From Octopus bimaculoides (Eukaryota), in the NCBI RefSeq assembly GCF_001194135.2, contig NC_068982.1:14213260-14264984 (forward strand): DNA of 51,725 nucleotides, written 5' to 3'. The position numbers were made by a program, and so were the translations under genes. Numbering within the stretch: position 1 is the stretch's first letter; the number at the start of each line of letters is the position of its first letter. Positions 25,165 through 36,455 of this stretch are shown here, piece after piece. The notes beneath the pieces are model-generated. The model saw nothing but the letters and a program-made list of their open reading frames with translations. It had not been told where the DNA came from and ran no database searches.

Positions 25165-27127
25165 TCATCTGCAACGTCAACCAGCCGCCTGTATCATCGT
25201 CGTCCACCACCTCCTCTCCAGTTCGCCACCACAATCACCTTATCCGCAAAACATCAACGCCACCACCACCACCACCCCTCGCCGCCATCGTCATATAACC
25301 AACAACAACAACATTGATATGACTTCACCCCAACTGATGTGACTTAACTACTGACAGCCGTTGTCAGAGATGTTTAATGAGGCTATTAAGTTGTTTCCGT
25401 CATTAGCAATAACGTTTCATTGAATAAGACCTCCATTTTCTATAGGTAGTTTTTATTCCATTTTATTTTTTATTCTTGTTCTTCTTGTGTTAATTGTTTT
25501 AATTTTCTTTTTTTTTCTCCTTTCTCTTTTTTTTTTTTTTTTACTTTGTCGTTCATGTTCTCGTTATATTTGTTTCATTGTTATTTTAGTATGTAATAGA
25601 AACACAGAAAGGGAATAAGATTGCTAGCGAAAGTGAGCATATATATACGTGTGTATGTGCGTAATACCAGTTAGATAAGCAAGGAGACGGCATGAAATAA
25701 ACTGACTGACAGAGCAATGAAAGTAATTTGCTGGTATCTTTATTTATTCATTATTATTATTATTACTATTATTTCATTAGATTCGTGTCTATATGTAGAT
25801 ATACACAGTTTGTTGTTCTTCATTCACCAGACAGCAATAAGAAAGTTGTTAGATACACAAATGGGAAGACATGGATGAACACTATATATATATATATTTA
25901 TATATGAAAAAAGGTTGAGTTCTATATCATCCTTTACTTGNNNNNNNNNNNNNNNNNNNNNNNNNNNNNNNNNNNNNNNNNNNNNNNNNNNNNNNNNNNN
26001 NNNNNNNNNNNNNNNNNNNNNNNNNNNNNNNNNNNNNNNNNNNNNNNNNNNNNNNNNNNNNNNNNNNNNNNNNNNNNNNNNNNNNNNNNNNNNNNNNNNN
26101 NNNNNNNNNNNNNNNNNNNNNNNNNNNNNNNNNNNNNNNNNNNNNNNNNNNNNNNNNNNNNNNNNNNNNNNNNNNNNNNNNNNNNNNNNNNNNNNNNNNN
26201 NNNNNNNNNNNNNNNNNNNNNNNNNNNNNNNNNNNNNNNNNNNNNNNNNNNNNNNNNNNNNNNNNNNNNNNNNNNNNNNNNNNNNNNNNNNNNNNNNNNN
26301 NNNNNNNNNNNNNNNNNNNNNNNNNNNNNNNNNNNNNNNNNNNNNNNNNNNNNNNNNNNNNNNNNNNNNNNNNNNNNNNNNNNNNNNNNNNNNNNNNNNN
26401 NNNNNNNNNNNNNNNNNNNNNNNNNNNNNNNNNNNNNNNNNNNNNNNNNNNNNNNNNNNNNNNNNNNNNNNNNNNNNNNNNNNNNNNNNNNNNNNNNNNN
26501 NNNNNNNNNNNNNNNNNNNNNNNNNNNNNNNNNNNNNNNNNNNNNNNNNNNNNNNNNNNNNNNNNNNNNNNNNNNNNNNNNNNNNNNNNNNNNNNNNNNN
26601 NNNNNNNNNNNNNNNNNNNNNNNNNNNNNNNNNNNNNNNNNNNNNNNNNNNNNNNNNNNNNNNNNNNNNNNNNNNNNNNNNNNNNNNNNNNNNNNNNNNN
26701 NNNNNNNNNNNGATCTTATATATATATATATGCTTCAGAATAGATCGTTGGTTAAGCAGAGAGTGTAATATGAAGTTAAATAGATAACGAAGTAGATGAC
26801 AAAGGAACAGGAAGTTATACGATGAACTTATCAATTAAGTGCTCAGGTCAACTTAATTGACAAACACTCCACCCTGCAAATCTAGCCTGAAACCTACTGC
26901 ATAAGAAATTGTCTTTGTATTTTGCAATAGTAAAAGAGGTGAAACAGTAGAAGACAGGAGTAAGCAAAAATAGTTAAAGAGTAGCTTAATATGAGTAGAT
27001 TGATTTTTTCGTTTCTCTATTTGTTGGTTCTTTTTTTAGGATAAGAATTCTATGTTCTTTTTAATTAATTCTTTCTATAATAAAATGATTATTCCTAATT
27101 TAAAATATATGTTATATAGCTGAAAAT

Positions 27128-27274
27128 TTGACGAACAATGAACGAATGTGGATCATCAAGTAGTACAGGAAAACAGAGAATGCAGAAATGGTTAGATAGA
27201 CATGGACTGAAGAATTTCAAAGACCAGCTCCATCAAAATTAACAGTTTACAGAATATGTGAGAAATTTGAGTAG
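27128..27274 (+). pseudogene. Tc1/mariner-superfamily transposase N-terminal HTH remnant (DUF4817-like)
   Basis: Translates LTNNERMWIIK*YRKTENAEMVR*TWTEEFQRPAPSKLTVYRICEKFE*, matching the WILKxYWKTENxxEVxRxWxxEFxTxPPTRxTIxRIRDKFE pattern. Contains in-frame stops. Confidence 0.65.
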
Positions 27275-27275
27275 A

Positions 27276-27465
27276 GTCCTCATCTTCTTTGGTGTTAACA
27301 CATTTCGACCGATATACTCTCCAGCCTTCATCAGGTGTCCTGGGGGAATTTACGTCAAATGTAATATCCGCCAAATGTAATATCCATCAAATGTAAATAT
27401 CTGTCACAAAAATATCTATCAAATGTAAATAATGTACATAATTCCTCATCTCTCAAATATAGAAC
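27276..27465 (-). mobile_element. Penelope-type pLTR remnant with degenerate hammerhead core and short 17-bp tandem repeats
   Basis: Minus strand reads GACAC-CTGATGA-A-GGCTG-GAGAGTATAT-CGGTC-GAAA-T-GTGTT. CAAATGTAATATCC repeats lie at 27356-27430. Confidence 0.5.
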
Positions 27466-27477
27466 TGTTATTTCATC

Positions 27478-27635
27478 CATCTTTACATTCTGAATTCAAA
27501 TGTCGCCAGAGTTGACCTTGTCTTTCGTCTTTCCAGGATCGATAAAATACGTACCAGTTGAGCACCAAGGTCAATTTAATTGACTTACCCTGTCCCCTAA
27601 AATTGCTGGTCTCATGCCAAAATTTGATACCATAA
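27478..27635 (+). mobile_element. SINE family B, diverged
   Basis: TTCTGAATTCAAATGTCGCCAGAGTTGACCTTGTCTTTCGTCTTTCCAGGATCGATAAAATACGTACCAGTTG. Confidence 0.75.
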
Positions 27636-28759
27636 TAATTTCAAACTTGATGCAAAGTATGAATGACTCTGTGGAAAGAGTTTCTGCATAATATTGCTCA
27701 AATTGTAGTTGATGTTCTTTCACTGAGCTTGAATGGTCATAAAAATGTGTTCGTATTTCAGCATTTATGCTGTTGAAACTGAATAATTAAAGGGATATAA
27801 ATGATTTTATTGAGATGCTGTATTCTTCACTCCTCTTACATGCTAAATCTCTTGATGAATGCATTGGAGAGAATCCTCACTAATTTAAAGCACTGAGATC
27901 TTATTTTAATTCCGATAAAATAGGCTCCGAAAATTCGTCTTCAAACACACACACGTATGTACATGCATACATACATACATATGTGTGAGTGTAGCTTACT
28001 ATTTTTTGTTGGCAGTTTCCCTATCTTTTCACCATTAGCATTACAAAAATAAAGAAAAGAGTAAAGAATGCTATGGAGGTACTTCATTGTTTAAGGCAAG
28101 TCGTTGGTTTTTATAGACGAAATAATTAATGAAAATTTATCTCTGTGTCACGGTTTGTCTTAATTGTAAGGATATTATGTTTGAACAATAAATAAGAAGG
28201 AAAAAAAGGCAAAAAGGAAATTCCAACTTCAACTTGATAATTATTACAGCATTTGCCATTATTATCTTCTGGAATGGAATGGTGTTATTAAATACACTGC
28301 TAACATAGGAACAAACTGAATCATTATGTGTAGTGTTAAGTAAGAAAGAGTTTAAAAAATGGGACCAGTACTCTCTTTTGTCAATGGCCATTATCTAAAA
28401 AAGAAATTACTTGTCGAATGAGAGATGTAAAATAAACCTGCAGAATGGAAAAGAAAGACATACCATGAAAAATGTCATTCTGGACTTCAAATGGAATTTA
28501 AAATGCAATGTTCAGAGTTGTTAATTTTATGTCAGTACTTCTACAGCATACCGACACATGATATGTGTTGAACGTGTTTTCGTGCCAATGAATGTTCAAT
28601 GAGTAAAAGAACGAAATAAGCTGGATGTGACCACAATAGAAGCTGCTACACTGTAAGAGGAACCTAAATTTTCAATCATATCTATCTATATCTAAGTACA
28701 TTATGCATGTGTATGCACATATGTGCATACATACATATATGCATACATGCATACGTATG

Positions 28760-29081
28760 AATGGCTGAACTTTGAGAAGAGAGGCATGACCATGAGATTG
28801 CACCTAGAAAGTTCCCCTCTGAAGCACAAGTCTGGGCAAGGTTGTTTATGGAACCAGCCTCCCTTTTCCATGCTACCGATGTTATCCAAGGGAAAGGCAA
28901 AGGGACCAATACAGCTTGGCATCAGTGATGTCACAACTCATTTCTACTGCTGACTGAACTGAAGCAACGTGAAATAAAGTGTCTTGCTCAAGAACACAAC
29001 ACACAGCCTGGTCCAGGAAGCAAACTCACTACCTCAGGATTGTGAGCCCAGTGGTCTAACCACTGAGTCATGCGTCTTCAC
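28760..29081 (-). mobile_element. tRNA-derived SINE family D
   Basis: Minus strand starts GTGAAGACGCATGACTCAGTGGTTAGA (box A-like), has a degenerate box B, then GTGTTCTTGAGCAAGACACTTTA, a motif typical of conserved SINE central domains. Confidence 0.7.
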
Positions 29082-29300
29082 TGAGGAAAGAACGCAGATT
29101 CTTAATGCCTACACTACGAATGGTCGTGATATCTAGGACTATAAAGAAATTCCACAAGACCTTAAGATTTAAGGGATGAGGAACAAAACAAGATACTTTC
29201 CATCACAACCTTGTTGCCAAGTAGGTTGCAGGTCAAAATTTTATTCTAAATTAAAAAGAGAAAGAAAGCATACATACATACAGAAATTTATCATTTGGCC

Positions 29301-29628
29301 TTTGCCAGTAAGACATCCGAGCGAGATCGTTGCCAGTGCCCCTGGACTGGCCCTTGTGCAAGTGGCACGTAAAATACACCATTTCGAGCATGGCCGTTGC
29401 CAGTACGCGCCTGACTGGCCCTCGTGCCGGTGGCACGTAAAAGCACCCACTACACTCCTGGAGTGGTTGGCGTTAGGAAGGGCATCCAGCTGTAGAAACT
29501 CTGCCAAATCAGATTGGAGCCTGGTGTCGCCTCCTGGTCCACCAGTCCTCAGTCAAATCGTCCAACCCATGCTAGCATGGAAAGCGGACATTAAACGACA
29601 ATGATGATGATGATGATGATGATGATGA
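29301..29628 (+). mobile_element. Family C retroposon (SINE-like) with (GAT)n tail
   Basis: Ends CATGCTAGCATGGAAAGCGGACATTAAACGACAATGATGATG and is highly similar to 46620-46954 and 36702-37130. Confidence 0.88.
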
Positions 29629-29931
29629 GCATGTCTAGATATGCAACCATACGCATGAGAATACATACATAAAGCAAAACATACAAATCTGCACATATAC
29701 ATACATACAGGAAATTAGCTGCCCAGCAGATGTTAACATGAAGCCAAAGATCAGTGAAAAAGAGAATACTTTTGCTGAACTATTGAGAAATCTGCAGTTA
29801 CTCTATCTGTAAAAATGAAATTTCGCGATTGTATATTTTAAAACAAATCCATAAATTTAAAATCTAATTTTAACATTGCCAAAAATTCTCACCAACCACA
29901 ATCTCTCATGTTTTAATTTTAACCCCATTAT

Positions 29932-30250
29932 CACATAGAGCACGATGAGCCATGATCTTGGCCATCAGGCACAGGTCGACAGGCCACGATTGTGGCCCAG
30001 ATAGGTGCATTTAATTTATGGGCGTTTGTTGGGGTCTAATGTCACTCAAACGATCCGATACCCACCAGAATGCAAGAGGACTAATAGTTCAACTAATGAC
30101 TTTTCAGATGATGTAAAACTTGCCACCATTATATACTAAGAAGATATTTTAACTATTCTTTTGTTTTTTATGTGTGCATTGTAGTTTCATTTTCATAAAA
30201 TATGCTCAGCAGTGTATGCTATGTAAGTGCAAATCCCAGCACTTTATGGG
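29932..30250. mobile_element. piggyBac-type MITE, copy 1
   Basis: Ends TTTATGGG|TTAA, with TTAT at the left junction. Reverse-complement match over about 300 bp to 34110-34404. Confidence 0.7.
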
Positions 30251-30935
30251 TTAATCGTGGAACAACAAACAGTGACTGCCTCCCTCCAAATAACTTCAGA
30301 TAACAAGAATAGTACCATTTTTTTAATGACACTATAAATTTTCACTCGACGCGACTTTCACACAAGATATGTTAATTTACAATTCAATTTCATGTTTGTT
30401 TGTTTTTTTTGTCTTTTTGCGTCATTCAGATAAAATGTAGATAACGGATGTAGCTGCTTAGAAGGACTCCCTTCAATGATATATATAAGATGTGACATGA
30501 AGCTCTATTGAGCAAAATTTAATAAAACCAGACAGGAAGACACGTTCGCATTTTACACTTGTTATCATATATTTTTCATGATAAAAGTGAACAAACCTGG
30601 TTGTTTTGAAAATAAATTAAATCAAAAAAATATTTAAATTAGAAAAGGTGGTGCTCCAGCATGGCCGCAGTCAAATGACTGAAACAAGTAAAAGAACATA
30701 TCATTCAGAAATTGATAAGTAATTACTATTTAAAATTACTAGTATTAAAAAAAGATGATTTTGTATCAAACTATTCTTAAAGAATTGGTTTGCATTTAAA
30801 TGAATTGATAATGCATCTTACTGATTTCCAGCCACAACAACTAAGGATGAAATGATATTCAAGCTCTTGCGCGATGTAATCCAAGACTAAATAATAATAA
30901 ACATGTAAAGAATAAAAAATTTTGAATGGTAGGTG

Positions 30936-31728
30936 CAGGAGTGGCTGTGTGGTAAGTAGCTTGCTTACCAACCACATGGTTCTGGGTTCAGTCCCATTGC
31001 GTGGCATCTTGGGCAAATGTCTTCTACTATTGCCTCGGGCCGACCAAAGCCTTGTGAGTGGATTTGGTAGACGGAAACTGAAAGAAGCTCGTCGTATATA
31101 TACTCTTTTACTCTTTTACTTGTTTCAGTCTTTTGACTGCGGCCATGCTGGAGCACCGCCTTTAGTCGAAGAAATCGACCCCAGGACTTATTCTTTGGAA
31201 GCCTAGTACTTATTCTATCGGTCTCTATAGCCGAACCACTAAGTTACGGGGACATAAACACACCAGCATCGGTTGTCAAGCGATGTTGGGGGGACAAACA
31301 CAGACATACAAACACACACACACATACACATATATATACACATATACGACGGGCTTCTTTCAGTTTCCGTCTACCAAATCCACTCACAAGGCATTGGTCG
31401 GCCCGAGGCTATAGTAGAAGGCACTTGCCCAAGATGCCACGCAGTGGGACTGAACCCGGGACCATGTGGTTGGTAAGCAAGCTACTTACCACACAGCCAC
31501 TCCTGTGTATGTGTATGTGTGTGTGTCTTTGTGTGTCTGTGTTTGTCCCCGACCATTGCTTGACAACTGATGCTGGTGTGTTTATGTCCCCGTCACTTAG
31601 CGGTTCGGCAAAATAGACCGATAGAATAAGTACTAGGCTTACAAGGAATAAGTCCCAGGGTCGATTTGCTCGACTAAAGGTGGTGCTCTAGCATGGCCGC
31701 AGTCAAATGACTGAAACAAGTAAAAGAG
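30936..31728 (+). mobile_element. SINE family A (halves at 30936-31100 and 31506-31728) interrupted by an antiparallel family A copy
   Basis: The 5' half ends in GTCGTATATA, a complete reverse copy follows, then the (TG)n tract and 3' half resume. Confidence 0.93.
31101..31505 (-). mobile_element. SINE family A, full-length nested copy
   Basis: Runs from the tail TACTCTTTTACTCTTTTAC to the head CACAGCCACTCCTG. Confidence 0.95.
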
Positions 31729-32084
31729 GTACAACAATGCACTATAATACAAAAAATGGACTATATACCTGTTATAATTTTGTTAGATAGTGCATTATTG
31801 TACCATTCAAAACTTTTTATTCTTTAGAAACAATACAGAATGCTTCAGGCCGAGTTCGCAACCGCTAGGGAGTTGATCAAGCTATCTGAGAAACGTGCTA
31901 AAATCGGATGCCAAATAAACTTTAGAAATAGCTGACCTCATGCACTTCTCATGAGGAATTCTGGAAGGAGCTTCGTGAGACCAGTGCTGAGACGCTTCCG
32001 AAAAAAGAAAAGCCATTGGAAAACAGTTTATAGCAGAGACTCCATCTAAGAATATCTGAAGAAGGAATTGTATTCCGAAATATG

Positions 32085-32550
32085 TTGCTTTTGCAGAAAA
32101 CGGGAAAATAGTTTCACCATTCCATAGCAAAACCATTGTACTACACTCGGACAATTTTTGATATCTCAGCATCTGAAGCAGCTGGGGATATGATAGTTTC
32201 ACTAAAAGAACTGGTAATTGCAAGCAAAAATAAATATTGAAAGAAACACATTTGGCCAAATTTGAACATACAACAGTTTAACATAATAGCAACAATATAT
32301 ATATCATTGTAATTATGCAAAAGTATTGTAAGTCCAAAATGTTGCTTTTTCAGAAAACGGAAAAATTATTTCACCATTCCATAGCAAAACCGTTGTACTA
32401 CACTTTGACAATCTTTGATATTTTGACATCTGAAGCAGCTGGATATACGATAGTTTGACCAAAAGAACTGGCTATTGCAAGCAAAAATAAATATTGAAAA
32501 AATACATTTGACCAAATTTGGACATTCGACAGTTTAACATAATAGTAATG
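32085..32550. repeat. Diverged tandem duplication of about 255 bp
   Basis: TTTCACCATTCCATAGCAAAACC...CATCTGAAGCAGCTGG...GCAAGCAAAAATAAATATTGA...CAGTTTAACATAATAG occurs twice, near 32110 and 32368. Confidence 0.9.
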
Positions 32551-32595
32551 AAATGAATGAATTTATTAAAGCATCAAACCATAAAAATATTATGG

Positions 32596-32842
32596 AGATG
32601 TACTTGCATAGCAAGCGACCTGATCTGAGATCGTGTGCTGGAATGAAAACAATTGCAGCATGGAAGGTGTTTATAAGCCATTTAAGAAACACACAAAAAC
32701 TGTTAGCACAGAATTTTATCTGAACAGGTCACAGTCTCAAAGCGACGAAAATATTTTGGTAAATTAAATTTAAATGTTGAAGCGAATCTAACGGTTTTTG
32801 TGTGTTTCTTAAATGGCTTATAAACACCTTCCATGCTGCATA
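32596..32842. mobile_element. Fold-back repeat remnant, possibly a Penelope-type inverted terminus
   Basis: 53-bp arms at 32654-32706 and 32788-32840 are 52/53 identical as inverted repeats. A hammerhead-like core lies in the loop. Confidence 0.6.
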
Positions 32843-32940
32843 AAAATATTGATGATGATATAACTAAAGTGCAACAGCCTCAAGGAACGTCACAAATTCA
32901 CAAAATACCTTTGTGAGTACGAAGCAATCGTGAACAAAAA

Positions 32941-33210
32941 AAGAAGAAATATAATGAATCTTATTTACAATATGGATTTACTCTTACACTGAAAAATAAT
33001 GAAGGATAATAATTAATTTGGCCACTGAAAGTGTGAAGCCTACCAAATTAAAAAGACATTGATTCAAGACATACCTAATGTAGCAGGAAGTCTAAAGAAT
33101 TATTTGAGAGGCTATTGAATTTTTTCAGTAAAAAGGTAAATCTCTTGAGAATCATATTCACGCTATAGAAATAATGAAGTAGTGAAATAGTCAAGGGTTT
33201 TATTTGAAGC
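32941..33210 (+). pseudogene. hAT (Charlie/Buster-type) transposase N-terminal remnant
   Basis: KKKYNESYLQYGFT and LATESVKPTKLKRH* match the RKYxESYLxYGFT...LxNESMKPSKLKRHL pattern. Stops and deletions are present. Confidence 0.7.
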
Positions 33211-33496
33211 TGCATATTTGCTTGTGACCTCCCCCCAAACGGGTGGAGGCATATGCAGTAATAGGGATTATCAGCAGGGATTAAGATAACATTTATTGTT
33301 CAGGGAGATGGTGCACTCCATAGTTACCCTTTCGCAAATCTCTGCGACGAAATGGAATCTAATTTCAGCAAACATTTGATGTCTCTCAAATGGACGAGCT
33401 TTGAAATGGAAGTTAGAATGTAAAAAATGAAGTCGGGGACAATATTCAGATTTGGCTAATTTATTCATGAAAGAAAATTAGTTATGCAAATTGTAT

Positions 33497-33785
33497 TTTT
33501 TACTCATTTCAGTCATTTGACTGTGACCATGCTGGAGCACCGCCTTTAATTGAAGAAATCGACCCCAGGACTTATTCTTTGTAAGCCTAGCACTTATTTT
33601 ATCGGTCTCTTTTGCCGAACTGCTAAGTTTTGGGGACATAAATACACCAACATCGATTGTCAAACGATGGTGGGAGTACAAACACAGATGCAAAGACACA
33701 CACTACCAGGGTCAATTCGTTTTATGAAAGATTCTTCAAAGCAGTGCTCCAGCGTGGCCACAATCTGATGACTGAAACAAAAAAA
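33497..33785. mobile_element. SINE family A 3' half (minus) plus an older plus-strand 3'-end fragment
   Basis: Same layout as 20341-20630. Confidence 0.85.
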
Positions 33786-33894
33786 AAAGATAAACAAATG
33801 ATTTTATTTTTGAAAGTGCACTGAATTTTAATTTGATCAAAAAAGTTATGACTCACAATTTGGAGAGTCTAGAAAGCAATTTCCAGAAATATTG

Positions 33895-34105
33895 ATTTCA
33901 AATTTTGGTAGAAAACCAACAATTACAGAGCAGAGGGTAAGTTAATTGTATCAACCCCAATGTTCAACTGATACTTATTTTATCAACCCCAAAAGGATGA
34001 AAGGCAAAGTCGACACCCATTGCATTTGAACTCAGAATGTAAAGACAGACAAATTGCCACTAAGCATTTTACCCGACAGGCTAACTTTCCTGCCAGCTCG
34101 CCACC
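33895..34105 (-). mobile_element. SINE family B
   Basis: Core plus head CTGCCAGCTCGCCACC ending at the TTAA used by the adjacent MITE. Confidence 0.85.
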
Positions 34106-34109
34106 TTAA

Positions 34110-34404
34110 CCCATAAAGCGCTGGGATTTGCACTTAGATAACATGGACTGCTGAGCACATTTTATGAAAATGAGACTACCATGCACACATTAAAAACAAA
34201 AAAATAGTTAAAATATCTTCTTAGTATATAATGGTGGCAAGTTTTACATAATCTGAAAAGTCATACGTTGAATTATTAGTCCTCTTGAATTCTGGTGAGT
34301 ATCGGAGCGTTTGAGTGACGTTAGACCCCAATAAATGCCCATAAATTAAATGCATGTCGACCTGTGCTTGACGGCGACGATTGTGGCCCATCGCACTTCA
34401 TGTG
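34110..34404. mobile_element. piggyBac-type MITE, copy 2
   Basis: TTAA at 34106-34109 and 34405-34408. Imperfect TIRs CCCATAAAGCGC-TGGG and CACATGAAGTGCGATGGG (reverse complement). Confidence 0.8.
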
Positions 34405-35314
34405 TTAATTTCCAGAAATAGTTTTTATCAGAATTAGGTAATAACCAATTGGATCAGATTCAAAACACAGTTGAAACACAGCGTGTAAGGCATCTACTGT
34501 TAGATAAAAGTTCAGGAAGAATGTGTAGAAATTTGAAGTGATTCAATTCTCAGGCATAAATTTTCAATGAAAACCTTACATGTGTTTTATACTCGGTGTT
34601 TGTGCGTAATTTCCTATGTTGTACGAATTAGGCAACGAAACCTTTCTACCATTTGTCATAATGTTTTTGTGCAAATCAGCATTTTCGGTGTTGACTGGAA
34701 TTAAAACAAAACAAAACAGAAATTACTCTGGTATTAATAAAATTGCCTTAAGACAAGCATTAACAAATTTGAAACCAAGATCTCGTTTGTGTAAAACTAA
34801 ATAAGCACGTCCTTCTCACTAATGATATTTTTTCTGTTCGTAATAAATTTATGTTTTTTAAAAAGTGAGAAATATGTTTTTTTTATTTTTATTATTATGT
34901 TTTTGTTAAAGATTTTACGAGGGTTGCGACGAATTTCGGCATTTTATGCCTGAGGGAGAAAAGATTCTCTTTTATATTTTGATATTAAAGCTAATTTTTG
35001 AATTTTTGTTTGTTTCGAAGTAAAAGTTGCTTTTGAGAGGAGTTTTTTGATTTTAAGAAACGATCATTTTGTGTATTTTTTAATTGTAATTTTTTTTTAA
35101 CATTTTTTTTCTGAATTTGATTTTTTTTTTAAATTCAATAGTTGCTGATTTTTATTTGAATTCTTGACAGGAAATAGTTAATTATTTTTCTCAAAAGAAA
35201 ACAAACTACGTATTTATTTTTGCTAAATATATGAGAATAATTTCCTTTTACTTCGAGTCGCCTGTTTTACGAATAACAATTAATAGAACTTAGTTCTCCT
35301 GAAACAATAAGCAA

Positions 35315-35635
35315 TCCTTTCTACTATAAGCACAAGGCCTGAAATTTTGGTGGAGGGGCCAGTCAATTAGATCAACTCCAGTACGTAACTGGTACTTAAT
35401 TTATCAACCCAGAAAGGATGAAAGGCAAAGTGGACCTCAGCAGAATTTGAACTCAAAGTATGGGCAAAATGCTTAGCAACATTTCGTCTGTCTTTACGTT
35501 CAGAGTTCAAATTCCGCCGAGGTCAACTTTGCCTTCCATCCATTCAGGGCCGATAAAATAACTTCCAGTTGTGCACTGGAATCGATGGAAGTGACTTAAC
35601 CCATCTCCCAAAATTGTTGGCCTTGTGTCAGTTTT
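35315..35635. mobile_element. Head-to-head inverted pair of SINE family B copies
   Basis: A minus copy at about 35315-35457 is immediately followed by a plus copy at about 35462-35635. Confidence 0.88.
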
Positions 35636-36455
35636 TTAATGTTTTTATGGGCCCTTGGATACTACTGTACAGGCCCAACAGCTTTGTGCTTGCTGCCCCC
35701 TCACTCTTGATGTGGACCATAAAATCTGAAATGAGTACCATCCCAGAAATGCTTATCTTTGTAGTAATTCAGGAACAGAGATCTTGTGTAGCTGAGGGTC
35801 TATGTATGATGTATATGAATGTATCCAATGTTAGACATGAGTCACTTAACCAATACCATTGACTCCAGCACTTAACTGACTCTTTATTCTGTTGATTCCG
35901 GAGTGATGAAAAACAGTTGACCTCAATTGGTACTAAATTCTGAAGGTAAAGAGTTGGAAGAAATATCTCTAAGCATTTTGTCCAGTGCTGATATTTGAAT
36001 ATAGCAACTTCGGAATGTTTTCGCAGCTCCTCTGATTGATTCAATAAATACAAAAATTATTACATTTGCTTTTTCATATTCTGGTCGCTTTTCTGATTTT
36101 TTGCATCAGAATATCACTGTATATCTTTGTGCACCGATTATTGTAAGTGAGAATACAGACAATAAGGAGATAAAAGATCCACTTGATCTGCTAAATACAG
36201 CAGCTAAATCCTCCTTAAATCATACCTTATACAGTTTTTATAATAAAAAGGACATGAAATAATTTAAAAATTAATCCTAGATGCCACAAGCAGATTGCTT
36301 TTGTTACAAGAGGCAAGCTGGCAGAACTGTTGGCTTGCAGTGGCATTTGCTCCAGCTCTTTACAGTGTGACTTCAAATCTCATAGAATTTAACCTTGACT
36401 GTCATTGTTTCGGGAGAAAGAGTTATAGATCTGTTCAAATTCAGATGATCTAGGG

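Noticed and set aside
27640-28391. Minus-strand open frames (FNSINAEIRTHF... and MAIDKREYWSHF...)
   Set aside because: Lengths are within chance expectation for a window of this size, I recognise no family, and I could not build a consistent exon chain.
30936-31010. tRNA-like sequences with box A and box B
   Set aside because: They are SINE heads with no complete cloverleaf, so I did not call them as tRNA genes.
30922-31616. Recurrent ORFs such as CGHAGAPPLVE..DPRTYSL and MPKMPRSGTEPGTMWL
   Set aside because: They are chance frames in SINE family A and recur at every copy.
31882-32259. 125-aa ORF or hAT C-terminal domain
   Set aside because: The resemblance is weak, lies upstream of the N-terminal relic and overlaps a non-coding tandem duplication.
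29932-34404. A single 4.4-kb transposon with 300-bp TIRs
   Set aside because: Each arm has its own TTAA-type junctions on both sides, so two separate MITEs explain it better.
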